From positions 192,001 to 256,000 of the forward strand of contig JBPOGI010000001.1 of the NCBI GenBank assembly GCA_051251855.1: a stretch of DNA of 64,000 nt. Direction: 5' to 3'. A program made the position numbers and the translations under genes. The notes under the pieces are model-generated. The model searched no databases. It saw only the letters and a program-made list of their open reading frames with translations, and was not told the DNA's origin. This DNA is from Roseibacillus sp. (GTDB lineage Bacteria; Verrucomicrobiota; Verrucomicrobiia; Verrucomicrobiales; Akkermansiaceae). Positions 38,597 to 48,402 of the stretch are shown piece after piece. How positions within the stretch are numbered: the stretch's first letter is position 1; every line of letters begins with the position of its first letter.

Positions 38597-39259
38597 ATGA
38601 GCGACGAGGCACCAAAACCACCAAAGCCGATGACCAAAACTTCGGCTGTTCCCTTGAAGAAAGAAACTGTGAGGGTCACCCTGAAAGCTGATGATGCCCC
38701 TGCAGCGGCACCCAAGCCTCCTGGTGCACCAGTCGCTCCTTCAGCACCGATGGCACCGAAGCCTCCAACAGCTTCCGCTCCTGCTGCCCCCGCTCCACCA
38801 GCGGCATCGGCTCCTGCAGGACCGCCTAAACCCTCTGCTCCGGCACCTGCTCCTACTGTTGCTCTCAAGACGGCTGGCGGAACTGCAACTGGTGGCGGCG
38901 CTCCGGCACCAGCTCCAACTGTGCCCCTTAAGTTGGGTGGTGCGGCTCCCGCATCGACTCCTTTGAAGACCCAGCCTCTGACCACTCCTGGTGCGACGGC
39001 ACAGCTTCCGAAGGCAACTGTGCCACTCGGCGGCACTCAGCAGTTGGGTCAACCAACTGGTTTACAAACGACCGCTGGCACTATCGGTGGATTCGACGAC
39101 GAGGAAGAAGAGGGAAGCTCGACAATAACGTCGGTGCTCGCGATTCTTGCTTTGGTAGTTGCTGTTGGCGCTTTGGCCTTTCAAGTCATGACTGCCAAGA
39201 CTTGGGTTGATACCACCGAACCCGAGCCCCGCGAATGGGCTCAGTATTTTGAACTCTAA
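38597..39259 (+). CDS. Pro/Ala-rich tail-anchored hypothetical protein
   Basis: KKETVRVTLK motif, repeated PTVxL, acidic patch, C-terminal TM. Confidence 0.75.
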   Translation: MSDEAPKPPKPMTKTSAVPLKKETVRVTLKADDAPAAAPKPPGAPVAPSAPMAPKPPTASAPAAPAPPAASAPAGPPKPSAPAPAPTVALKTAGGTATGGGAPAPAPTVPLKLGGAAPASTPLKTQPLTTPGATAQLPKATVPLGGTQQLGQPTGLQTTAGTIGGFDDEEEEGSSTITSVLAILALVVAVGALAFQVMTAKTWVDTTEPEPREWAQYFEL

Positions 39260-39271
39260 TCAGATTTAACG

Positions 39272-39343
39272 ATGCCTGTAGCTATCATTACCACTGTCCT
39301 CGCACTCGCCGCCGCTGCCCTTGCCTATTTGGCTTCGGTTTAA
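39272..39343 (+). CDS. Putative 23-aa single-pass membrane peptide
   Basis: MPVAIITTVLALAAAALAYLASV; lies 12 bp after the upstream stop and before the terminator. Confidence 0.5.
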   Translation: MPVAIITTVLALAAAALAYLASV

Positions 39344-39382
39344 GCTTTCGAGTTCGAATCTTATATTTCCTTTTCTAAGAAC

Positions 39383-39409
39383 AAGGGCGGCGCTTGACGC
39401 CGCCTTTTT
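39383..39409 (+). terminator. Intrinsic terminator overlapping the probable trxA -35 box
   Basis: ggcggcg-cttga-cgccgcc followed by T5. Confidence 0.7.
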
Positions 39410-39427
39410 GGTGTCCATAGTTTGGGT

Positions 39428-39748
39428 ATGGCATTGCAATTCACGAACGATAATTTCCAGTCTGAAGTCCTCGAATCCACCGTCCCAGTCTTGGTTGACT
39501 TCTGGGCGGAGTGGTGTGGCCCCTGCAAAAGCGTAGCCCCTCTCATTGATGCGGTTGCCGGTGAAGTCGAGGGAGTCGCCAAGGTGGGTAAGGTCAATAT
39601 TGATGAGGCGGGAGAGCTGGCTCAGAAGTATGGTGTGCAATCGATTCCTACTTTCTTGTTCTTCAAAGACGGTGAAGTGAAGGATACCATCGTCGGTGCT
39701 CGTATCACCCAAGATAGTTTGCGCGAGCAGCTTGAAGCTTTGGCTTAA
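39428..39748 (+). CDS. trxA: Thioredoxin
   Basis: [19 protein letters not shown]. Confidence 0.97.
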   Translation: MALQFTNDNFQSEVLESTVPVLVDFWAEWCGPCKSVAPLIDAVAGEVEGVAKVGKVNIDEAGELAQKYGVQSIPTFLFFKDGEVKDTIVGARITQDSLREQLEALA

Positions 39749-39789
39749 GCTGAAAACAAGAACGTCGGCTTCAGCCGTCGAAGATTTTC

Positions 39790-39818
39790 AAACGTCGGTT
39801 TTTGACCGGCGTTTTTTT
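39790..39818 (+). terminator. Intrinsic terminator after trxA
   Basis: aaacgtcggt/accggcgttt stem with a T run. Confidence 0.7.
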
Positions 39819-40053
39819 GTGTGAGCGATTCGTCGAAGTCGAGTTGGTAGCAGCTCGGGCTTCGAATATGGAGGGTTGGTCAGGTCAACCTGCTTTGTGA
39901 CTGATACCATTCTCACGGTTAGATTGATGTAATGGCTTGTGTTTTGGCTCGAAAAATTGAGCTTCGCGGCAGGCAAGAAGGTCGGAGTGAGGTTTCCCAA
40001 AATCAGCGTTGCTACTCAGTCAGAGTGCGTGATTTTTTTCGGAGCTGCTCTTC

Positions 40054-41247
40054 TTAGACCTCGATCACGTCGTCTTCAGGGGAATCGGGAGCGGGGAGCA
40101 TGCGGGCTCGTTTGTTGGAGCGGGGGAAGTGAAGGGTGACTTTGGTGCCATGGGCTTCGTCAGATTGGATTTCGATTTCGCCGCCGTGTTCGCGGAGGAT
40201 ACGGCGGACGATGAGGAGGCCAAGGCCGGTGCCGCCCGCTTTGGTGGTGGAATAAGGTTCAAAGAGGGAGCCGAGGACTTCGGGGGAGATGCCGGCACCG
40301 GAGTCATCGATGCGGACGAGGATTTCGTGCTCGTTGAGGGTGCTACCGATGGTGACTTCGCCTCCGGAGGCGGGGACGGCTTGATAGGCGTTCTTGATGA
40401 GGTTGAAGAGGGCTTGCCGAATTTGGTCAGGGTCGAGGGGAAGCTCGGGGAGGTCTTCGTTGAGTTGGAGGTTAATCTGGATGTCGCGAGAAACGAGCTC
40501 GGGCTCAAGGGTCTTGAGGGTGTCGCGAATGAGGTCGTTGATTTGGGTGGGCTGCACGACGGCGCGCGAAGGGCGGATGGCGTGGAGAAACTCTTGCAGG
40601 AGGCTATCGAGGCGGCTGATTTCGGACCGAGCGGTGGTGAGATGCTCGAGAAGGGGTTCGCTGTCGCCGGGGGGGAGCTTTTTGATTTTTCGCTCCAGGA
40701 GTTGGAGATGAATGCCGAGGGAGTTGAGGGGGTTACCGATCTCGTGCGCGACTCCGGCAGCGAGCAGGGTGAGAGCGTTGAGCTTTTCGGATTCGAGATT
40801 TTCCTCGGAGGTGCGGCGGGCTTCGGTGAGGTCGCGCACGAGCATGACGGTGCCGAGGTGGCGAGGGGTGCCTTCAACGTCTTCGACGATGGGTGAGAGA
40901 TAGAAGTTGAGGAAGCGGTGCTCGGGGTAGAAGACTTCGAGGTCGCGCGAGACGGCGGTGGGATTTTTACCGCCAGAGAGAGCGTCCCAGTCGAGTCCGC
41001 GCACGAGCTTGGAGATGGGTTGGCCGGCGGCAGTTTCGGCATCGAGACCAAAGAGGCGGGCGGCGGCGGAGTTGAGAAAGGTGACTTGGCCGTCGGGAGC
41101 GAGGATGAGGACGCCTTCGCGCAGGGCCTCGAAGACAGACTCGAGGAAGCCTTTGTCACGCAGGAGGCGGTCGACGAGGGTCTGAACCTGCTTGGGAGAT
41201 AAGCGGTCGAGTCGGGAGAGAAGTTTGTCGATGAAGGAAGACTTCAT
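40054..41247 (-). CDS. Cytoplasmic PAS-domain sensor histidine kinase (NtrB-like)
   Basis: PAS domain, AHEIGNPL H-box, NLIKNA, DSGAGI, GTGLGL. Confidence 0.92.
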   Translation of the reverse strand: MKSSFIDKLLSRLDRLSPKQVQTLVDRLLRDKGFLESVFEALREGVLILAPDGQVTFLNSAAARLFGLDAETAAGQPISKLVRGLDWDALSGGKNPTAVSRDLEVFYPEHRFLNFYLSPIVEDVEGTPRHLGTVMLVRDLTEARRTSEENLESEKLNALTLLAAGVAHEIGNPLNSLGIHLQLLERKIKKLPPGDSEPLLEHLTTARSEISRLDSLLQEFLHAIRPSRAVVQPTQINDLIRDTLKTLEPELVSRDIQINLQLNEDLPELPLDPDQIRQALFNLIKNAYQAVPASGGEVTIGSTLNEHEILVRIDDSGAGISPEVLGSLFEPYSTTKAGGTGLGLLIVRRILREHGGEIEIQSDEAHGTKVTLHFPRSNKRARMLPAPDSPEDDVIEV

Positions 41248-41292
41248 GGTGAGTGCCCGTGTTGAGGGGAGGAGCTTGAGCTCCGGTGAGGC

Positions 41293-42291
41293 CTAGGGCA
41301 CGGGTACTTTGGAGAGAAGACGCGTGATGAGGGTGTCGGTGGAGATGTTCTCGGCTTCGGCTTCGTAAGAGAGGAGAATACGATGGCGTAGGACTTCGGG
41401 AGCGAGGGTTTTGACGTCTTGAGGGGTGACGTAAGCGCGGGCGTTCATGAAGGCGTTGGCGCGGGCGGTGAGGGCCAAGTTGATGGTGGCACGGGGGGAG
41501 GCTCCGGCACGGATGAGAGGGACGAGTCCTTGGTCGTAGGCTTTTGGAGAGCGGGTGGCGTGAACCAGATCTACGATGTATTCGCGGACGGCAGGGTCGA
41601 TGTAGATTTTGTCTAACAGACCACGGCTAGCGGCGAGTTGAGCGGGATTGGCAACCGCGTTGACGCTGGGGGGCTTGGCGGTGTTGGCCATCAGATCGAG
41701 GACCTTCATCTCTTCTTCCTTGCTGGGATAGTCGACGAGGACTTTAAGCAGGAAGCGGTCGAGCTGGGCCTCGGGGAGAGTGTAAGTTCCTTCTTGGTCG
41801 ATAGGGTTTTGGGTAGCGAGAACGAGGAAAGGATCGGGCAGTGGGTAGGTGGTGTCGCCGAGGGTGACTTGGCGCTCCTGCATTGCCTCGAGGAGAGCGG
41901 CTTGCACTTTGGCAGGAGAGCGGTTGACTTCGTCGGCGAGGATGAGGTTGGCGAAAATGGGACCGAGTTTGGGGTCGAACTTCTGAGCCTGCTGATTGTA
42001 GATGAGTGTTCCTAGAAGATCGGCGGGCAAGAGATCCGGAGTGAACTGAATGCGCGAGAATTGAAGTTGGAAACAGTTGGCGAGGGTGTTGACGGCGAGG
42101 GTTTTTGCTAAGCCGGGAAGTCCTTCGAGCAGAATATGGCCGTTGCAAAGAAGGCCAAGGAGGAGCCGGTCAACGAGTTGGTGTTGTCCAATGAGGACTC
42201 GGGACATTTCCTGGCGGACGTCGGAAATCCAGCGGGATGATTCGGCAATTTCGGCTGAGAGCTTTTGAGTGTCGGTATTGGTGTCGGACAT
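41293..42291 (-). CDS. moxR: MoxR family AAA+ ATPase
   Basis: GLPGLAKT, RIQFTPDLLP, LADEVNR, ATQNP, LPEAQLDRF. Confidence 0.95.
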   Translation of the reverse strand: MSDTNTDTQKLSAEIAESSRWISDVRQEMSRVLIGQHQLVDRLLLGLLCNGHILLEGLPGLAKTLAVNTLANCFQLQFSRIQFTPDLLPADLLGTLIYNQQAQKFDPKLGPIFANLILADEVNRSPAKVQAALLEAMQERQVTLGDTTYPLPDPFLVLATQNPIDQEGTYTLPEAQLDRFLLKVLVDYPSKEEEMKVLDLMANTAKPPSVNAVANPAQLAASRGLLDKIYIDPAVREYIVDLVHATRSPKAYDQGLVPLIRAGASPRATINLALTARANAFMNARAYVTPQDVKTLAPEVLRHRILLSYEAEAENISTDTLITRLLSKVPVP

Positions 42292-42376
42292 CTTGTTGAG
42301 GAGTATCTACAGTGAATTAGCGGCAGGGTGAACAGGGAATATCTGTAAATTTTGACACCTCGCTTGGGGGGCAACG

Positions 42377-42405
42377 AAAAAGACCGTTCGGGAAGGAACG
42401 GCCTT
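42377..42405 (-). terminator. Intrinsic terminator after the lipoprotein gene
   Basis: aaggccgttc/gaacggtctt stem with a T run on the minus strand. Confidence 0.7.
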
Positions 42406-42435
42406 GGTGCAACTGAGAGAATGAGGGAGTGATTA

Positions 42436-42870
42436 CTAGCGTACTCGCTCGAAGGAACGGACTTGGTCATTTTCAAACCAAACGGTGCTGGAGCGCACAG
42501 GGACGTAGTTCACGGTGGGGCCAAAGCCGAGGCCTCCGTAACGTCTGCCGTAGCGTCCGTAGCCGCTGCCGAAGTGTCCGTAGAAGTTGTTGGTGTAGAC
42601 GGGGTAGAGGCCGGTGTAATCCCAGCGCATGGTGCGCTTTCCTTCGGCAGAGCCTTCGAGGCGGCGATCGGGGCTGCCAAGAGCGAGGTAGACGCCCCCA
42701 GGTGACATGCCTTCATCGATTTGTCCTTGGGAGACCAGTTCTTGTTCGCGGAGCGAAAGGTCGTTGTAAATTTGGGGGTTCTTTTCGATGCGACCAGTGG
42801 GGCTCGAAGAGGAACAGTTGGTGAGGGTAAAGGCTGCGAGCAGCGCCAGAAGGGGGTGGAACAATTTCAT
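42436..42870 (-). CDS. Hypothetical lipoprotein
   Basis: Lipobox LTNC; 'GMSPGGVYLALGSPD' SmpA/OmlA-like motif; Gly/Tyr-rich insert. Confidence 0.8.
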   Translation of the reverse strand: MKLFHPLLALLAAFTLTNCSSSSPTGRIEKNPQIYNDLSLREQELVSQGQIDEGMSPGGVYLALGSPDRRLEGSAEGKRTMRWDYTGLYPVYTNNFYGHFGSGYGRYGRRYGGLGFGPTVNYVPVRSSTVWFENDQVRSFERVR

Positions 42871-42995
42871 ATCACTAAGGTAGACGGGAAAGAGGCGCTG
42901 AAAAGTCAGAAAAAAGAGTGAAAAGTGTTTGCGAAGATTCTTGCCAAACCAGAGGGGACGGGAGCAATTTGCTGCTGAACCAAAGTTAAAACAAT

Positions 42996-43286
42996 ATGTC
43001 AGATGTGATTAAAGGAGAGGCGTTAGAGCAATCCCTCAAAAAATGCCCCGAGTGGGAGGTAAACGAGGACGGTAAGGAAATTTTTAGGACTATCGAGTTT
43101 GAGGAGTTTACTGAGGCAATTGATTGCGTGAATGATATCGCGGAAATGGCCGAAGAAGCACAGCATCATCCCGACTTTGATATTCGTTTTTCACGGGTGA
43201 CTCTTCGTCTGACAACTCATGATGCAGGAGGAGTGACTCCCGCCGATATCGAGATGGCGGGTCGGATTGACAATTTAGTCGATTAG
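42996..43286 (+). CDS. Pterin-4-alpha-carbinolamine dehydratase
   Basis: AEEAQHHPD, LTTHDAGGVT. Confidence 0.93.
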   Translation: MSDVIKGEALEQSLKKCPEWEVNEDGKEIFRTIEFEEFTEAIDCVNDIAEMAEEAQHHPDFDIRFSRVTLRLTTHDAGGVTPADIEMAGRIDNLVD

Positions 43287-45076
43287 CTTTCGCTGGCGTT
43301 TTGCTGGCGTGCGATATCGTTAAGAGTGAGCCAACCTAACAGGCGCTTAGGATTGGCGGGGCTGACGACGGGGACTTGTTGGAAGTCGTGGTCGATCATC
43401 TTGTGGGCAGCGTCACGAATGGTGGTGGAGGTGGTCACGGTGAGAAGCTTTTGTTCGGTGATGAGTTCGAGGAGGGGTGTTTGAGGGGGATGCTCGCGAA
43501 GCTCGTGATGGGTAATGACTCCGAGGAGGTCGTTTTCAGAATCTACGACTGGATAGCCATGAAATCGGCCGTTTTTCTCGCGGATGAGTTGGAGGCAGTT
43601 CCCGATACTCTTGTCTGAGGAGAGTTTGAAGATCTCGGGGGTCATGATGGCTTGCACGGGAAGTTCGCGATAGTCGCGCACGCCGCGGTAGGCCGGGAGG
43701 GAACGGAGAGTGATGCCGTCTTGGAGAAGGAGAGAATTGTAGATCTCGATGGGACGGAGTTTTTTCGAGATTTGCCAAGCGAGCATGTTGCCAGCCATAA
43801 GGGGGAGGATGAGGTCGTAGCTGCCCGTCATCTCAAAGATGATGATGAGCGAGGTAAAGGGGCAACCGATGACGGCCGCGAACATGGCGCCCATGCCGAG
43901 AAGGACGCAGGCGCCAATCACTTTGTCGTCGGTGGGGAAGAGCGGGACCCAATCACCTAGGTGATGAAGATGGGTGAAGCCGATGCCAATGAGAGCGCCT
44001 AACAGACCGCCGAGAAAGAGGGTGGGTGAGAAGAGTCCGCCCGATCCACCACTGGCGTAATTGAGAACGACGGCGATGAATTTGAAGAGAAGGAGGGTGG
44101 CAAGAATAGAGATGGAGAGTTGGTTCTCGAAGGCAGCTTCGAGACTCTCGTAGCCGATGCTGAAGACGGAGTTTTGCGGGTTGCCAAGGTTGGAGGTGAG
44201 GTAGTAGGCGCTGATGCCGAGAATGCCACAGCTGAGGCCACCACTGGCGGGGAGGATCCAAGCTGGGAGAGCTTTTTGTTTCTTTAGCAGTCCTCGTAGC
44301 CCGAGGGTTGAAGCGGTGAAAATGTGGCCGAGAAGTCCTGCCGCAACACCAAGGGGCAGGGCAATGAGCATCCAAGCGGAGGTCTTGTAATCGGTCTGGA
44401 GATGAGCTGCGAGAATGGGATCTTCGCCGAGAATACTGCGCGAGACAGCTGCAGCGACGACCACAGCGATGACCATGCCGCCAAGGGCTTTCATGGAAAA
44501 ATTGTCGAGGAGTTCTTCGAAGACGAAGGTCAGCGCGGAGAGGGGGGCATTGAAGGCGGCGGCGATTCCTGCAGCCATTCCGACGGGGAGCATGGATTGG
44601 ACGCGGGTGGCGTCTTGGAAGGCCCAGCGACCGAGTCGTGAGGAGATGGCGGCGCTGATGTGGACGGTAGGCCCTTCGCGCCCGAGGCTGTTGCCGAGTC
44701 CAATGTAGAGGCTGCCGAGGGCGAGGCGGAGTATGCCGACATAGCTGCGGATCTTTCCGCCTTTATTGTAGTAGGCGTATTTGGTTTGGGGAATGCCGCT
44801 ACCGATGGCTTCGGGGACGAACTTTTGGCTCGCGATGCCGACGAGGAGGCCGGCAAAGGTGGGAGCGGTAATCATGACTACCACAAACATTTTTGGATCT
44901 TGGCTTTTGGCGAAGGACCAGAGGTTGTGGAAGAGGAACTCAATTGCGAAGTGGAAGGCGACGGCAGCAAGGCCACAGAGAAGGCCGGCCACCAAGCACA
45001 TGAGAAGGAAGCGTTGATTGACGCTGAGACGCGCCCGCATCCAGTCGGGCAGGGTCTTTGGAGTCGCTTCAGCCAT
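43283..45076 (-). CDS. ClC chloride/proton antiporter with CBS pair
   Basis: GSGIP, GREGP, FVFEEL, GGLFSP and C-terminal CBS domains. Confidence 0.93.
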   Translation of the reverse strand: MAEATPKTLPDWMRARLSVNQRFLLMCLVAGLLCGLAAVAFHFAIEFLFHNLWSFAKSQDPKMFVVVMITAPTFAGLLVGIASQKFVPEAIGSGIPQTKYAYYNKGGKIRSYVGILRLALGSLYIGLGNSLGREGPTVHISAAISSRLGRWAFQDATRVQSMLPVGMAAGIAAAFNAPLSALTFVFEELLDNFSMKALGGMVIAVVVAAAVSRSILGEDPILAAHLQTDYKTSAWMLIALPLGVAAGLLGHIFTASTLGLRGLLKKQKALPAWILPASGGLSCGILGISAYYLTSNLGNPQNSVFSIGYESLEAAFENQLSISILATLLLFKFIAVVLNYASGGSGGLFSPTLFLGGLLGALIGIGFTHLHHLGDWVPLFPTDDKVIGACVLLGMGAMFAAVIGCPFTSLIIIFEMTGSYDLILPLMAGNMLAWQISKKLRPIEIYNSLLLQDGITLRSLPAYRGVRDYRELPVQAIMTPEIFKLSSDKSIGNCLQLIREKNGRFHGYPVVDSENDLLGVITHHELREHPPQTPLLELITEQKLLTVTTSTTIRDAAHKMIDHDFQQVPVVSPANPKRLLGWLTLNDIARQQNASES

Positions 45077-45241
45077 GGGGCTTGGCTGTAGCACGAGGTG
45101 TTGGTTCTGGCTAGCGGGGAACCGCGTTTGGGCCTTGGGTAGACTTTTTAATTTCTAAGAAGAGGCACGATTCGGTGCCGGTCTGGCTGAGCATTCAAAC
45201 CGAAACGATGGTGGATGGCTGAAGTCGACCCTTCTCTTCGG

Positions 45242-48200
45242 CTAGGGCTCGATGATTAGGCGATAGAAGCAGCGGGGCATTTCGGAGGGGAGAGCCTGCC
45301 ATGTTTCCCAAAGAGAGTCTTCATCTGCAAGGAAGGTGGCTTCGGCAGGCTGCCATTGACTCATGTCGTCGCTGTATTGGAGGCGATAGCTGATACCTGC
45401 ATTCTGGGCTGCCTTGTTGACCGAAAATTGAAGCTCGTTTTCGGCAGTTAGAATGGGGGTAGTGCGGGAGCGATCGTTAGATGGGTCAGCGACTTGCGGG
45501 TCGCAGCCGAGGATGAGTTCTTCGAAGTTGGACTTGCCGTCGCCATCGGGGTCGCTGTTGGGGTTGGCATCAGCACCCAGAATCCCGAGCTCACGCATCG
45601 CGAAGGTGATGCCGGAAGTTTCGTCTAGAATGAGATTTCGGACGAGGAAGTAGGTCTGGTAGTCGTCACTCAGATAGGAACTCTCGCCGTGGCGATAGAG
45701 GGCATCTAGGTCGCCATCGCTGTCGAAGTCTTCGAGAATGGAGGTGCTAATAAGCTCGTAGCGTGGACCTTTGAAGTCGTATAGCGGAGAATATTCAGGG
45801 CCGTAGACGGTGGGGGTGACGAAAGAGTAGGGGGTCGAGTGTTCGAGAGTTCCGTTGCCATCGAAGTCGCGTAAAGGGCCCCCGATACCAGTGATAGTTG
45901 CGATATTGAAAAAGTCGTTGGGGAGGAATGGATCCGTTCCGCCTCGGCTCTGAATCCACCTTGAACCGAGGGAGATAGGATTTCCGAAGACATCAATCGC
46001 AGGGCTTGCAGTCACAATGTCGGCAAAGCCATCGAGATTGAGATCAGAGAGCAAGGTCGGGCCAACTGCGAAGGGATTTCCGAAAACATCGGAGGCTGCA
46101 AGGTTGATTGGAAGAGTGATAGTTTGGGTAATGCGCCCAATCTCATCGGAGAGAAGGACGGCTGCGAGGCTTCGAATATCTTGCGAGGAATCCACGTAAA
46201 TACTATCAGGAACAAGAAGGAGGGTACCTGATACGGGGTCGAGGACGTATCGTTGCCCGGCGGACTCGTAGGCGTAGAGGCTGGTGAGGATATCAGTGTT
46301 GCCGTCGCCGTTGACGTCGCCAAACGAAATGGTGGTGGGAATGATGGTTGGATTACCGAACGCATCAGAGGCCGGGATACCTGGAGGAGCTAAAAATCGA
46401 GTGTTGGGAGAGAAGTTGCCACTCCCCAGGTTTTCGCGCCATCCGACAGAGGAGTCGATGATGTCGAGGTCGCCGTCCTTATCCCAGTCGATAAGGCCAA
46501 TGGTGCCGCAATCGCGACTCAGGTATCCTGCAATGAATGGGGCTGGGAGGCTGGCAGGGAGAGTAAAGGTGCCATCGCCATTGTTGAGGGCGGAAAGGCA
46601 GACGGCTTGATCGTTGGCGAGAGTGGTGTCATCGGAGTCGAGGTAGCTGAGTAAGAGATCAGTAGCTCCATCTTGATCCAGATCGGCAGCGATGAGTTGA
46701 GTGATGATGAGGTTAGGGTGGGTGTTCCGGTAGCTCTGCGGCAGTAGGTCGAGGAGCTGCCAACTGGAAAAGTCTGCGTTTCCTTGGTTGAGTCTGAGCC
46801 AGAAGTTTTGTTCGGCATCTGGTCCTACGACAAGGTCCATGAGGCCGTCGTCATTGTAGTCCGCAGGGAAGAAGGGGTGTCCTGCGGAGTCGCCCACACT
46901 CAAGGAAGTTCTGTTAGAGGATAGGGAGATGTTAGAACCGATGAAGTCTGCAGCTGTTCTTGCCGCTCCATTGGATGACTGAACGATGTTGAGAACGACC
47001 TTGGAATTAATGGGGGAGCGGGTGAGGAGGTCGAAGTTGACCTCGGATAGGGATGAAGTCCATTGACCGATGCCTAGCCGCTCGCCGACATAGCCTACTT
47101 GAAGTGGACTTTGATAAATACTACTGGTTCGGGCTGTAACGGAAAATCCGGAGAGCATCGAGATGCCAGGCTGGGACGAACTTCCTTCAATCAGAAGGGG
47201 GCGATCGTTGAGGGGCGTGAGGAACGGTGAGAAGGAGGAAGGTTCTTGATGGAAGGAACTGAAGTCGGTGGGAGTCGAACTCACTGTCCACTCTCCAAAG
47301 GTTGTGCTGAGAAGGTTTTGTGCGGTGGTGGGGTCTCCGCCTGAGAGTGCAAGATAGACGAGAGGAGAATTGGCGTCGTCAGCAGATTCTTTAGCCCAAC
47401 CGAGGGAGACACTGCTAGCGAGAGAGGGGATGAGTTGGGTTTGGCTGAGAAGAAAATCATCGGCCAAGGCGTCGCGGAGAAGATAGCGAATCCCGCCAAA
47501 TGCGACGGGCACCCAGATGTCGTCGAGTCCGTCTTGGTTGAGATCATCAACGTGGATAGGTTGGTCAGAAGAATTGACGGTGAAAAGCGGTTCTGGAGAG
47601 GCTGAAAAATCTTGGTCGCGAGTCAGCACATAGACGGTGGTCCAGCTACCTGCTACTTGAAAAAGAAGGAGGTCGGCTTTTCCCGTGTTGTCGAAGTTTC
47701 CCCAGAGAGCTTTGGTGAGGTCAAGGCTGGTTAAGCCGTTTGGCAGTACGATACTGGCTTCCAAGTCACCAAAGTTCTCACCGGGGAGAAGGTTGTTGAT
47801 GACAAGAGCAAACTCAGAATCAGACTGTGTCTGACGGCGGAGTAAAAAGGGAGTGGTGCCGTCATCGGTAAAACCAAACTCGACATCGTTGGAGTCGGTT
47901 GGGAATACCGAAGTAATGGCAGTATCAGAGTAGCCGCCTTCGGGTAGAGAGGGATACCAACGCGCTCCGAATTGGGAAGAGAAGTTGGCGAGGTCGACAC
48001 TCTCCCGAAAAAGAACGATGGGATCGAGGCGGCCATCTCCGTTGAGGTCCTGAGCGCTGACGGCTTCCTGTGCTCGGGGGGCAGCGAAGAACAGGGCTTC
48101 GGAGTAGGTGCCGTCGGCTTGTTTTTCGAGATAGAGGGAAAGGTCGTCGTCGGTGCCATCGGTGCCTTGACTGAGAAGGAGGATGTCTTTGTCGCCGTCG

Positions 48201-48331
48201 CCATCGATATCACGGCTGTACTGGTTACAGCGAGCAGCTTGCCGGAGGTCGAGAAGGAGGGGATCGATTCGTGGTTTGAGCTCGGCTTGAAGCGAAACAA
48301 CCGAAAGGAGCAATACAAATCCAAACTTCAT
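45242..48331 (-). CDS. Secreted FG-GAP/VCBS repeat protein
   Basis: Signal peptide; many DxDxDGxxD loops; C-terminal DPDGDG...SDDMSQW...FYRL domain. Confidence 0.88.
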   Translation of the reverse strand: MKFGFVLLLSVVSLQAELKPRIDPLLLDLRQAARCNQYSRDIDGDGDKDILLLSQGTDGTDDDLSLYLEKQADGTYSEALFFAAPRAQEAVSAQDLNGDGRLDPIVLFRESVDLANFSSQFGARWYPSLPEGGYSDTAITSVFPTDSNDVEFGFTDDGTTPFLLRRQTQSDSEFALVINNLLPGENFGDLEASIVLPNGLTSLDLTKALWGNFDNTGKADLLLFQVAGSWTTVYVLTRDQDFSASPEPLFTVNSSDQPIHVDDLNQDGLDDIWVPVAFGGIRYLLRDALADDFLLSQTQLIPSLASSVSLGWAKESADDANSPLVYLALSGGDPTTAQNLLSTTFGEWTVSSTPTDFSSFHQEPSSFSPFLTPLNDRPLLIEGSSSQPGISMLSGFSVTARTSSIYQSPLQVGYVGERLGIGQWTSSLSEVNFDLLTRSPINSKVVLNIVQSSNGAARTAADFIGSNISLSSNRTSLSVGDSAGHPFFPADYNDDGLMDLVVGPDAEQNFWLRLNQGNADFSSWQLLDLLPQSYRNTHPNLIITQLIAADLDQDGATDLLLSYLDSDDTTLANDQAVCLSALNNGDGTFTLPASLPAPFIAGYLSRDCGTIGLIDWDKDGDLDIIDSSVGWRENLGSGNFSPNTRFLAPPGIPASDAFGNPTIIPTTISFGDVNGDGNTDILTSLYAYESAGQRYVLDPVSGTLLLVPDSIYVDSSQDIRSLAAVLLSDEIGRITQTITLPINLAASDVFGNPFAVGPTLLSDLNLDGFADIVTASPAIDVFGNPISLGSRWIQSRGGTDPFLPNDFFNIATITGIGGPLRDFDGNGTLEHSTPYSFVTPTVYGPEYSPLYDFKGPRYELISTSILEDFDSDGDLDALYRHGESSYLSDDYQTYFLVRNLILDETSGITFAMRELGILGADANPNSDPDGDGKSNFEELILGCDPQVADPSNDRSRTTPILTAENELQFSVNKAAQNAGISYRLQYSDDMSQWQPAEATFLADEDSLWETWQALPSEMPRCFYRLIIEP

Positions 48332-48402
48332 ATCTCTCTTGTTAGCAATTAGAGAGCTAACGGCAAGGGCATTATAGAAGCCGAAAGGAGAGAAACACAG
48401 TT

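Noticed and set aside
39874..39895. GGTCAGGTC resembling SRP RNA
   Set aside because: Lacks the GNRA tetraloop and the AGCAG partner strand
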